A DNA stretch of 64,000 nucleotides, from assembly GCA_963662275.1 (NCBI GenBank), contig OY759316.1, positions 1,184,001 to 1,248,000 on the forward strand. The letters run 5' to 3'. The stretch comes from Candidatus Cloacimonadales bacterium. Its GTDB lineage: Bacteria > Cloacimonadota > Cloacimonadia > Cloacimonadales > DAONDQ01. Positions 50,801 to 61,500 of the stretch are shown here, one piece after another (the stretch's first letter is position 1; every line of letters starts with the position of its first letter). The notes below the pieces were generated by a model. It saw only the letters and a program-made list of their open reading frames with translations. It was not told where the DNA came from and ran no database searches. A program made the position numbers and the translations under genes.

Positions 50801-52017
50801 TTCTTCCTATATTCCAAGACAAAATACTGGGTGGAAATAGATGAATTGATTCGATAGCAGTTATTTGTTGAAGTTGCCAATGAATTTAAAGTATAAGTGC
50901 CTGCTGTGCTGATGACAGGGATACTGCTGATCCACAGTCCGTATTTGAATTTCATATAGGCACTCATATGTTGGGGTGGATTTTGATCATTTTCCATGAT
51001 ATCCCAACCTCCCACAGGCGAAACCGGTTGGGTTGTGTAATGATAAAGATCAGGAGCACCTAAAGAATGAAACATTTCATGGCAAAGAACACCTACGCCC
51101 CTGGAAGCCATGAACAAAGATAATTGGAAATTGTAATCGTACACACGTTTAGTATTGATATACACATTCATGGAATATAAACTCCAACGGTGAGGCCAAA
51201 GCAATTCAGCCCAACCATCTGAATTACCCTGGATGACGAAACAGACATTATCTACTTTCCCATCATTGTCGGCATCAATATTGAGTGATGTTGGGATGGC
51301 AGAGCGAACAGCCATAACAGCATCCCTAAGAAGTGTATGCTCTCTGGAAGTGGAATTTGAACTTGTATATCCTATTAAATTACTTGTGGAATCATAGGGG
51401 CTATAATATGCACGCGGGTGACTATCCTGGTAACTCAGGACAGTTGTACCGGGCGTAGGGTAGAAGCTAGTGGCTATATTCAGTTGATTATAGGAAGCTT
51501 CACTAAAGTAGGACTGCATTGTATTACCCGTAGTACCATTGAACATAGAGGAATATGTGGAGATGTTGTCTGTAAATTCAGTTTGGTCAGAGAAACGTAT
51601 GAAGATGACAATGTTATTCAGTGTACCGGAATGGGGTGCTCTACCTTCATTATGAGATGTTACTCTCTGGTTGCCAATCTGCCTGATTCGTCCAATTTCT
51701 TCAGATGATTTATTTACATTCGGCTTAATGCCTCGCATCATCGGGTTATCCTTACCCACAATGAGTGAAGATGGCACAATATCAGAACCTGCTTGCTGTG
51801 CATATACATACCAGCCCTTTGAATCGCGTATGATTGTATAACCGTCTTTGTCATGCGACCAGTTATAGAATTCATCACCTGAAGCAAAAACATTGAGAAT
51901 TGTTCCATCCGGTTGCTTCAAGGTAATAGGTTGGTTATTCACATAGGCGGCAAAGAGGATAGTTTGGAAAATAATCGTAATCAGAACTAATAAGAACATA
52001 TGTTTAACTGCTTTCAT
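47857..52017 (-). CDS. M6 (immune inhibitor A) metalloprotease with FN3, Ig-like and adhesin-type domains
   Basis: Signal peptide, QPDG propeptide, LWPHRW, CHEMFHSLGAPDLY, WDIM; start at MKAVK from RBS GGAG. Confidence 0.85.
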   Translation of the reverse strand: MKAVKHMFLLVLITIIFQTILFAAYVNNQPITLKQPDGTILNVFASGDEFYNWSHDKDGYTIIRDSKGWYVYAQQAGSDIVPSSLIVGKDNPMMRGIKPNVNKSSEEIGRIRQIGNQRVTSHNEGRAPHSGTLNNIVIFIRFSDQTEFTDNISTYSSMFNGTTGNTMQSYFSEASYNQLNIATSFYPTPGTTVLSYQDSHPRAYYSPYDSTSNLIGYTSSNSTSREHTLLRDAVMAVRSAIPTSLNIDADNDGKVDNVCFVIQGNSDGWAELLWPHRWSLYSMNVYINTKRVYDYNFQLSLFMASRGVGVLCHEMFHSLGAPDLYHYTTQPVSPVGGWDIMENDQNPPQHMSAYMKFKYGLWISSIPVISTAGTYTLNSLATSTNNCYRINSSISTQYFVLEYRKKTGTFESSVPGSGLMIYRINTTASGNASGPPDEVYAYRPNGTTLVNGDLSTAFFSDEAGRIIFNQYTNPKPFLYDDSVYGLNLNSIGSSAGNSITFTYSTSNPLTPLSENFENGFTSLPWTLSGNANWSIDTANYFNGAKSAKSGVITHSQSSVMQVTTPCIAGQVSFFYKVSSESGYDYLKFYIDGVLKSKWSGVVDWSMAAFNITAGDHILKWEYMKDGSVTYGSDCAWVDYIAYPAVTFNPPQTLTAVASIGFITLNWLVPSSGTPISYKVYRNGSLLTTQTGLTYVDNTVINGTSYTYYVKAAYTNPSGESVASNTINVTPISTAVISIGTETTVSRKPISTYYGYERSANLFLQSEVPIYGTVNYLTWYPTIATTAAIPTKIYLKTITASSLTADSWSNMILGATLVYDASITAPAINTWLNLDITDYPYSGNNLLVLMECNYGGSGSGVSAGSGFQYSVSAANMVQNWQKDTDAPITNGTLSSQRPNIQITMGNIQSTPSFSVSPSSIDYGTIVYTTVSDSRTVTITNTGGRTLTISSITKTGLYPNSFIITDTNTYPKLLNTGQSMTISVVMTATDLGTKTASIRVTDTLTKQTHDVTLTGTSSDPTVVTYPYTEGFEGALFPPFGAVNAPIAPSTQSFDKQTTGTYPICSPHSGAAMLRYNSYSIATGNSAFLALPPLRMVLSKNFRVKFWMYRDSLYASNADSINVYFNSTQNLTSATLLGTIHRARGMSPTITAVGWYEYSFDFPINQGSNKRYVLFQAGSKYGNNIFIDDITVEEVIQLPVFNIDRTALDYGCVNIGSSKTLQFTISNTGTVAMTGSITALPGFSVSIATGSKKMLESRNALSYNLAAGDSSIFDLEFTPDTSGLVDSNLTISSNDINHSSNIIHISGIGFAAPQVEAQITIDGNQLSWPTVIGADGYNIYYADSLEGTFELISTVSGTSYPIPTEIHSGFYKITAISPSTKSQLIRDKR

Positions 52018-52322
52018 TGTCATCTCCAAGAAAAGGATAATTATTGATAGAAAAAATGGTATGGATTGTCAAGGAAAGGTTAAGAAAAATAGAAATTATG
52101 AGTTATATACATGAATAACACATGAAAGAGCTACTTGAACATTGAAGGAGGTTGCACATTTTTCAAAGTTCGAAACCGTAGACAAGGATAGGCGAAAGGA
52201 ATTTGCTCCAATAGTCAGTTAGACCCCCCTACCCCCCTTCCCAAGGGGGGAGGAAATCTTCTTGCCTTCTGTCCTTCTTGCCTTCTGTCCTTGCTACAAG
52301 CTATCAGCAATAAGCTTCTACC

Positions 52323-55300
52323 TTACTTCATCAGTATCATCTTCCTGGTACAGGAATAACTTCCTGATTGCATTTTATAGAAATACAATCCACTACCAAG
52401 AGCGTTACTCTTATCGTCGGTGCCATTCCAAGTGACAGTATGATTACCGGCATCGGTATATGTATTCACTAAAGTCCTGACTTTTTGTCCTAGAGCATTA
52501 TATATATCGAGAGAAACATGACCTGGCTTAGTAACACTGTAGGATATTTCTGTAGAAGGGTTGAATGGATTCGGATAGTTTCCATTCAAAGCCGTGATCA
52601 TGGGCATGGTTGGGTCATGATTGCCAGTAATTGTAATGAGAGCGGGTTGAGATTCGCCTTCTGTATATACGGCAGTAACTCCAATTGTAGATAAACCATT
52701 AGGTAAATTAGTGATATCATATTCGAAAGCTATCGTTGTCATTGATTCATAGAGATTGTTATTTAGATATATCTTGAAACCGGTAAGACTGCGATCAGGA
52801 ATATCACCTGGATTGACAGAAGAATTTTTACCAGTGATAGCTTGAACAGACCAAGTTAAATGAACGCTATTCCCGGTAATAATTGTAGCCGATAGGTTGG
52901 ATGGGGGAGTTAAAGGCGGTGCAACTGGTCTTACTGCGATATGTGGTGTAGATACAGATTCTCCTGTAGGGTTTGTATATGTAGCAGTAATCCAGAACAT
53001 GTAAGATGTGTTATTGGTTAAACCAGGATAAGTATAATTCAGCACTGTAGGAGCTAATGTAGTAACAAAAAAATTGCTATTCCGAAATACCTTATAGCTT
53101 GTGGGTGTGCCGCTTATAGGAGCATTCCATGTTAAAATAGCAGATTCATTTCCTGGTGTTGCGGTAAAACCTGTAGGCGGATTAAATGCATAAGCTGGAA
53201 TAATTACGGTAGATTCATTACTAAAATTGGATTCCCCAGAGGGATTTGAATAGTAACAGGTAACCTGATAGACGTAAGTTCCAGGGACTAGACCGCTGTC
53301 GACATATTGCAGAGCAGTTGGATTTGCAATCGTTTGTAGAAGTGAACCACCTCGATAGATTTTAACACCTGCCAAGCTACGGCTGGGTAATTGAGTTGAA
53401 GTTGGAAGTGCCCAATTCAGAGTAATTTCATTCCATGCAGTTTGTGTACCAACCAAGTTGGTTGGCGGGTTTCCCACAGCGATAAACGGATAGGAGAGAT
53501 AGTCTACCCAAGCACAATCAGTACCGTCAGTAAGACTCTCATTTTTTATATACTCCCATTTCAGGATATGACCACCGGCAGAGATATTGAAAGAGACCAT
53601 TCCCCAATTACTTTCTCCCGACCATTGATTCTGAAGAATGTCATCAATGTAGAAATTCAGGAAATCATTATTTACTTCAGACGATATTTTATAGAAAAAG
53701 CTGACTTGACCAGCATTGCATGTAATGCTGGTTTGCATAACTGAAGATTGAGTTTCTGAAATAAAACCGGATTTAGCGCTTTTAATACCATTGTAATGAT
53801 TAGCAGTCGTTATTGTCCAATTAGAATCTCCTGAAAATGTCCATGGGAGATAAGTGAATCCAGACTCAAAACTATCAACGGCAATGGGAAGTGAACTTTG
53901 AGGGGTGTAAGTGAATGAAATAGTATTTCCAGTCGCATTACCAATATTAGATAAGGCGATATTCCCATTTATGCCGTCTGAAAGAAACGGACTCGGATTC
54001 GTATACTGATTGAATATAGTGCGTCCCACATCAAAACCGAAGTTTGCTAAGTTAATATCTCCATCATTATCAGTTGTACCATTAACACGATAGGCGTAGA
54101 CTTCATCAGGAGGACCACCGGCATTCCCTTCTTCGTTCATATTAATTCTATAAATAACTAAACCACTTCCTGGCAGGCTCGATTCAAAAACTCCTGTCTG
54201 TTTCCGATATTCCAGGACATAGTATTCTGTTGTTGAATTTGAAGTATCAATTCGATAACAATTATTCGTGGGATTTACCAGTGAATTCAATGTATAAGTT
54301 CCAGGAGTACTGATCACAGGAATGCTCTCGATCCATAAACCATACTTAAATTTCATATAAGCACTCATATGCTGGGGAGGGTTAGCATCCCATTCCATGA
54401 TATCCCATCCTCCAACAGGTGTATTACCATCATAAGAATAGTGATACAAGTCGGGTGAACCAAGTGAATGGAACATTTCATGGCAAAGAACTCCAACACC
54501 CCTATCTTGTAAGAATAATGACAGTTGGAAATTATAATCATACACCATTTTTCCATTGATAAACACTTCCTGGCTATTTAAATACCAGCGATGAGGCCAT
54601 AATAATTCATTCCAACCATCAGAATCACCTTCAATAATGAAACATACATTATCCACATTACCATCATCGTCTCCATCGATATTGAGTGATGAAGGTATTG
54701 CCGAATTAACACCATTGATAGCATTTGCTAATAGCGTATGTTCTCTTGACTGTCGTTCATCTCCGTTAGCACCACCTTCGTAACCAATCGTGTTGAGAGA
54801 GGCATCATACGGACTGTAATATGCACGAGGGTGGCTGTCTTGCCAACTAACGACAAATGTGTTTGGAAGCGGGTAGAAACTAGTAGATACATTGAGTTGA
54901 TTATAAGATGCTTCATTAAAATAGGCTTGCATTGTGTTTCCCGTCATACCATTGAACAAGGAGTTGTATGATGAGATATTTTCATTAAATTCAGGCTGAT
55001 CAGAGAAACGGATGAATATAGTAATGTTATTTAAAGTACCCGAGTGCGGTGCGCGACCATCACCTTGCGATGTCATCCGCTGATTGCCTATTCTTCTTAT
55101 ACGACCGATTTCTTCCGATGATTTATTCACATAAGGTTGTATACCCGTAATAGCGGGGTTTACTTGTCCGACAATATAAGATGAAGGTTCAATATCTGAG
55201 CCAGCCTGTTTAGCATAGACATACCAGCCTTTGCTGTTTCGAACGACCGTATAACCGTCTTTGTCCTTTACCCAATTATAGAATTCATCTCCTGTAGCAA

Positions 55301-55430
55301 AGAGATTCAGGACGATACCATCAGGTTGCTTGAGTGTAATGGGATGACTTTTTACGTAACTAGCAAATAGAATTGTATTGCAGCTAACAGAAAGAAGAAG
55401 AAACAAAAACAGTAACTTAATCGGTTTCAT
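52323..55430 (-). CDS. M6 metalloprotease with FN3 repeats and FlgD-Ig/T9SS-like C-terminal domain
   Basis: CHEMFHSLGSPDLY; GNYPNPFNPST..IYNALGQKV..WNG..SGLYFY..RKMILMK. Confidence 0.9.
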   Translation of the reverse strand: MKPIKLLFLFLLLSVSCNTILFASYVKSHPITLKQPDGIVLNLFATGDEFYNWVKDKDGYTVVRNSKGWYVYAKQAGSDIEPSSYIVGQVNPAITGIQPYVNKSSEEIGRIRRIGNQRMTSQGDGRAPHSGTLNNITIFIRFSDQPEFNENISSYNSLFNGMTGNTMQAYFNEASYNQLNVSTSFYPLPNTFVVSWQDSHPRAYYSPYDASLNTIGYEGGANGDERQSREHTLLANAINGVNSAIPSSLNIDGDDDGNVDNVCFIIEGDSDGWNELLWPHRWYLNSQEVFINGKMVYDYNFQLSLFLQDRGVGVLCHEMFHSLGSPDLYHYSYDGNTPVGGWDIMEWDANPPQHMSAYMKFKYGLWIESIPVISTPGTYTLNSLVNPTNNCYRIDTSNSTTEYYVLEYRKQTGVFESSLPGSGLVIYRINMNEEGNAGGPPDEVYAYRVNGTTDNDGDINLANFGFDVGRTIFNQYTNPSPFLSDGINGNIALSNIGNATGNTISFTYTPQSSLPIAVDSFESGFTYLPWTFSGDSNWTITTANHYNGIKSAKSGFISETQSSVMQTSITCNAGQVSFFYKISSEVNNDFLNFYIDDILQNQWSGESNWGMVSFNISAGGHILKWEYIKNESLTDGTDCAWVDYLSYPFIAVGNPPTNLVGTQTAWNEITLNWALPTSTQLPSRSLAGVKIYRGGSLLQTIANPTALQYVDSGLVPGTYVYQVTCYYSNPSGESNFSNESTVIIPAYAFNPPTGFTATPGNESAILTWNAPISGTPTSYKVFRNSNFFVTTLAPTVLNYTYPGLTNNTSYMFWITATYTNPTGESVSTPHIAVRPVAPPLTPPSNLSATIITGNSVHLTWSVQAITGKNSSVNPGDIPDRSLTGFKIYLNNNLYESMTTIAFEYDITNLPNGLSTIGVTAVYTEGESQPALITITGNHDPTMPMITALNGNYPNPFNPSTEISYSVTKPGHVSLDIYNALGQKVRTLVNTYTDAGNHTVTWNGTDDKSNALGSGLYFYKMQSGSYSCTRKMILMK

Positions 55431-55588
55431 ATTCACCTCTTTAATAATTTTATATTAACAATTGGATATTAAAAGATATTGTCAAGAAAATTGCGTAATA
55501 AAAGTAGAGACGCCCAATTGGGGCGTCTCTACGAGAATCAAGTTATTGAGGAAATGAGACGCCCAGGTTGGGCGTCTCTACGATTATC

Positions 55589-58500
55589 TTATTTCAATAA
55601 AACCATCTTTTTGAGATAAGAGTAATTCCCAGCTTTCATCTGATAGAAATAGATACCACTGCTAAGAGGTACTCCTTTCTCAGCATTGCCATTCCAAGTT
55701 GTAGTATGATTACCGGCTTCGATCCTTGAATTCACTAGCGTTTTAACTTTTTGCCCTAAGGCATTATAAATTTCAATAGATACATAGTCGGTTTTTCGAA
55801 TACTATAGGAAATAACAGTTGTAGGATTGAATGGATTTGGATAATTTCCATGTAGAGCAGTTAATATTGGCATCATAGGATCCTGGTTGCCAACTACCGA
55901 TATCGTATTACTGGGATCTGATTCCCCTTCTGTATAGAGAGCTGTTACTTTGTAACTATAGCTGCCATTCACAATATCCATAACATCATAAACCAGTGTT
56001 TGCGGGTTCATAACATCTTGGATGGAGATGTTATTTTGATAAATCCTATATCCCAGAAGACTACGATTTGGATATTCAGCATCTTTATTGGAGACAACGT
56101 GTTCTTCTATCACAGGTGCATCCCATGCAAGATGGACTGAATTACCTGTCATAATTGAGCCTGTGAGATTAGTTGGTGGATTCAAGAGTGGTGCAAGAGG
56201 CGTTACTGTGATGTGTTCAGTTCCAGCAGATTCACCCGTCGGATGAGTGTATGTTGCAGTAATCCAGAACTCATAGGGAGTTCCATTTATTAAATCAGTA
56301 CTTTGATAGGTTGTCACTGTGGAATCAAAAGTTGCAGCTAGTTCATTATTACGATAGATTTTATAACCAGTTTGCGTTCCACTTACAGGTGCAGCCCAAG
56401 TTAAAGTCGCTGAAGCATTTCCAGCAACTGCAGCAAAGTTGGTCGGCGGATTGAATTCATAGGGTGGAATCGTGATTGAAGCATCATTGCTAAATGCTGA
56501 TTCACCAACAGGATTAGTATAGAAACAAGTGACCTGGTAGAGGTAAGTACCTGGAACAACACTACTATCGGCAAACTGAACTGCAGTTATATTGGCTATA
56601 GTTTCCAGGAGACTGCTATTTCGATAGATTTTTACTCCAGCCAGGCTGCGATCACGGAATAATCCTTCATAACGTTTCACTGCACCCGGAATTATCTCTT
56701 CGGGAAGCTGCCAGGTTAATGTAACCACATTCCATGCAGTTTGAACTGCACTTAAGTTTGTAGGGGGATTCATTGGTGGTGTTTCCAGAATGACAGTTAT
56801 GTGTGCTGTGGCTGCAGATTCTCCTGTCGGATTGGAATAAGTTGCTGTAACCCAGTACTCATAAGTTGTGCTGTAAGATAAACCAGTATTAGTATAAGTC
56901 AATACACTAGCAGCCAAAGTTGTCAGAAGTGTGTTATTGCGATATACTTTGTAACCAGTCGGTGTCCCGCTTGTGGGCGCAGCCCATGTTAATGTTGCCA
57001 ATTCATGACCGGCAAGTGCATTGAAGTTTGTGGGTGGGTTGAACACATACGCAGGAATAATTACAGTTGCTTCATTACTATATGGTGATTCACCAATGGG
57101 ATTTGTGTAATAGCAAGTGACTTTATAGATATAGGTTCCGGGAACCACACTGGTATCTATATACTGAGTTGTTGTTGCATTTGGTATAGTATGGAGAAGG
57201 CTTCCATTCCGATAGACTTTCACTGCTGCCAAGCTTCTATCAGATTGATTTGTTTTGAGTTGAGTATATCCTTCACGTGTCAAACTATTACCGTTATTAC
57301 TACTACTTTTACTTCTAGCTGGTAACTGCCAGGTTAGAGTAACAGCATTCCATGCAGTTTGAATAGCAACTAAATTGGTTGGTGGATTAAATGTAGGTGC
57401 GACCGGTGTTACTGTGATATGCGTTGTTGCTGGTGATTCACCTGTGGGATTCGAATAGACCGCAGTAATCCAGAACTCGTAAGCTATTCCATTGGTTAGT
57501 CCAGTATTTGTATAGGACATAACAGTTGAAGCCAAAGTTGTTACTAAGGTATTATTCCGATATACTTTGTAATTTGTTGGCGTACCGCTCGTAGGAGCAC
57601 TCCAGGTTAATGCTGCTGATGCATTTCCAGCAACTGCGTGAAAATTTGTAGGTGGATTGAAAGTCGTTACAGGTATCGTAACAGATGATTCATTACTATA
57701 TGCTGATTCACCTGTAGGATTCGTATAGTAACAAGAGACTTTGTAGATATAAGTACCAGGAAGCACGCCAGTGTCCACATACTGAACAGCAGTCGCATTA
57801 GCGATCGTTTGAAGGAGTGTATTATTACGATAGACTTTCACCCCGGTTAAACTCCTACTTGGTAATGGTGCTAATGGCAGGACATTACCATTACGAGTTT
57901 GGTTTTGAATTGTTCCAATTGAGATAGGCTTAACCGTCATGGGACTGGATTCACTTCTGACAGTAAAATCATCACTGTTAAAATGGATTACATTTCTACT
58001 CCCGGATACGGTGATATCATCGAGAAACCAGTAATACCACAAACCATCCATATTAGGACCATCAATTCCCTGCCAGGCTAGTTTTATATTCTGTCCGGCA
58101 TAAGCAGATAAACTGATTGTATATGGAGTAGTATAGGGATTTTCCAATTCTGGGAGTGTGGAAGCATCCCATAATACTGTCCAGGAACTGCCGTTGTTGG
58201 TGGATACTTTCACATAATAATGATCCAGGTTGGTTGAACCTTGAAAACAGTAAGACCAGAATGTAAGATTTCCAGCAGAAGGACAAACAAATTGAGGTGT
58301 GATCAGCCATTCATCCTGGTGATTCATGGACCACCACAAACCTACTTGCTTGACTCCTCCATGGGGCATGGCTACAGGATCTGTATTGATAGTACCAACT
58401 TGGCACCAGGTTGGGAGAACACCATAAGTATTGGTACTGTGATCGGTGATAGTTTGAGTCCAACCGGTAGCAGGGAAAGTACCTTCAAAACCTTCCGTTA

Positions 58501-61500
58501 TTCCTCCGGGAGTTGTACTTGGAAGTTGCCAAGTCAATGTTACTGTACTGGCAGCAGTTAGTGTTGCAACCAGATTGGTTGGAGGATTTAGAGTAGGCAC
58601 ACTCGGTGTAACGGTGATATGAGTTGTAGCAGATGATTCACCAACAGGATTTGTATATGTGGCAGTCATCCAGAATTCGTAAGGTGTTCCATTTGTTAAA
58701 CCGGTATTTGTGTAGGTCATAACTGTTGATGCTAAAGTTGTAACAAGTGTGCTATTGCGGAATACTTTATACCCGGAAGGAGTACCACTCATAGGGGCAC
58801 TCCAGGTTAAAATGGCAGAAGCATTTCCAGCGACGGCATTGAAGTTTGTGGGTGGATTGAAACTCGTCCCAGGTATCGTGACAGATGATTCATTACTATA
58901 TACTGATTCACCTGTGGGATTCGTATAGTAACAAGAGACTTTGTAGATATAAGTGCCGGGAAGCACGCCAGTGTCCACATACTGAACAGCAGTCGCATTA
59001 GCAATCGTTTGAATGAGTGTATTATTACGATAGACTTTTACTCCGGTTAAACTCCTACTTGGTAATGGTGCTAATGGCAGGACATTGCCACTTCGAGTTT
59101 GGTTTTGAATTGTTCCCATTGAGACAGGCTTAACCGTCAAAGGACTTGTTTCACTTCTGACAGTAAAATCATCACTGTTAAAACGGATCACATTTCTACT
59201 ACCGGAGACAGTGATATCATCGAGAAACCAGTAATTCCATATCCCATCCATACTGGGTCCATCAATCCCCTGCCAGGCTAGTTTTATATTCTGTCCTGCA
59301 TAAGCAGATAAACTGATTGTATAAGGAGTGGTGTAGTGATTTTCCAATTGAGGAAGAGTGGAGGCATCCCATAATACTGTCCAGGAACTGCCATTATTGG
59401 TGGATACTTTCACATAATAATGATCCAGTTTGGTAGAACCTTGTGTACAGTATGACCAGAATGTCAGATTTCCAGCAGAAGGACAAACAAATTGAGGTGT
59501 GATCAGCCATTCGTCCTGGTGATTCATGGACCACCACAAACCTACCTGTTTGACTCCACCATGGGGTGTGGCAGAAATTGAACTAATAGCACCTACCTGG
59601 CACCAGGTTGGAAGAACACCATAAGTATTGGTACTGTTATCGGTTATGGTTTGAGTCCAACCAGCAGCAGGGAATGTACCTTCAAAACCTTCCGTTATAC
59701 CTCCGGTTGTTGTACCTGGAAGTTGCCAAGTCAATGTCACTGTACTGGCAGCAGTTTGTGTAGCAACCAGATTGGTTGGAGGATTTAGAGAAGGCACACT
59801 CGGTGTAACGGTGATATGAGCTGTAGCAGGTGATTCACCGACAGGATTTGTATAGGTGGCAGTCATCCAGAATTCATAAGGTGTGCCGTTCGTTAATCCG
59901 GTATTCGTGTAGGTCATAACTGTTGATGCTAAAGTTGTAACAAGTGTGCTATTGCGGAATACTTTATACCCGGAAGGAGTACCACTAATAGGGGCATTCC
60001 AGGTTAAAATGGCTGAAGTATTTCCAGCGACCGCATTGAAGTTTGTGGGTGGATTGAATCCGGTTGAATTGCTCGACAAACCAATATAATCCACCCATGC
60101 ACAATCTGAACCAACTGATTCACTTTCGTCCTTCGAATAAACCCATTTTAGAACATGATTACCGGCAGTGATGTCAAAGGTTGCGAATGACCAATTTACT
60201 TCACCTGACCATTCACTTTTTATAACACCATCTACATAGAAATACAAGAAATCAAAATCGTTTTCAGAAGATACTTTATAGTAGAAATTGACTTGTCCTG
60301 TAATGGATGTTACATTAACCTGCATGGTAGTTTCTTGGCTGTGTGTGATGACTCCGGATTTTGCACTTTTAATACCATTATAATGCTGAACTGTATCAAT
60401 AGTCCAATTGGCATTTCCGGAAAAAGTCCAAGGGAGAGAAGTGAATCCACTTTCAAAATTCTCGATGATTGGAACTTGGGGAATCTGGGAGCCATAATTG
60501 AAGGTAATTGAATTTCCAGATGAACTACCAATGCTTGATAGAGTTATATCTCCCATAGTTCCTGTGGAAAGAAAAGGATTCGGATTCGTATTCGAATTGA
60601 AAGTAGTACGTCCTACTTCTGTACTGAAATTTGCCTGATCGACATCTCCATTGTCTGTCATTGTGCCATTGACACGATAAGCATAGACTTCATCAGGAGG
60701 TCCATCGTCATTTCCAACAACGGCGGAATTGATTCTATATACGATTAACCCACTTCCTGGCAAACTGTTTTCAAAGGTTCCTGTTTTTTTCCTATATTCC
60801 AGGACGTAATACTCTGTGGTAGAATTTGCTGTATTGATTCGATAGCAGTTATTTGTGGAATTCACCAAGGAATTCAATGAATACGTACCTGCTGCATTGA
60901 TGACTGGAATGCTGCTGATCCATAACCCATATTTAAATTTCATATAAGCACTCATATGCTGGGGAGGATTAGTATTTCCTTCCATTATGTCCCAATATCC
61001 TACAGGTTCATTACCATCATCAATATAGTGATAGAGATCAGGAGCTCCAATTGAATGGAACATTTCATGACATAAAACACCTACACCTTCAGTAGCCATT
61101 GAGCCGGATAATTGGAAATTATAATCATAAACGCGTTTTGTATTGATTGTAACTGTTTGTGAATAAAGAACCCAACGATGAGGCCATAATAAATCGTTCC
61201 ACCCATCTGTATTTCCCTGGATAACGAAACATACATTATCTACATTCCCATCGTTATCGCCATCAATATTTAACGTTGTAGGGATTGCTGAACGAACAGC
61301 AGTAACGGCATTAACGAGTAATGTATGCTCTCTTGACATGACATCTGCTTCTTGATATCCAATCGTGTTAGTTGTGACATTATATGGTCTATAATAATTG
61401 CGGGGATGGCTATCCTGCCAACTAACGACAATCGTTCCTGGGATTGGATAGAAGGTTGATGTGACATTTAACTGATTATATGAAGCTTCATTAAAATAAG

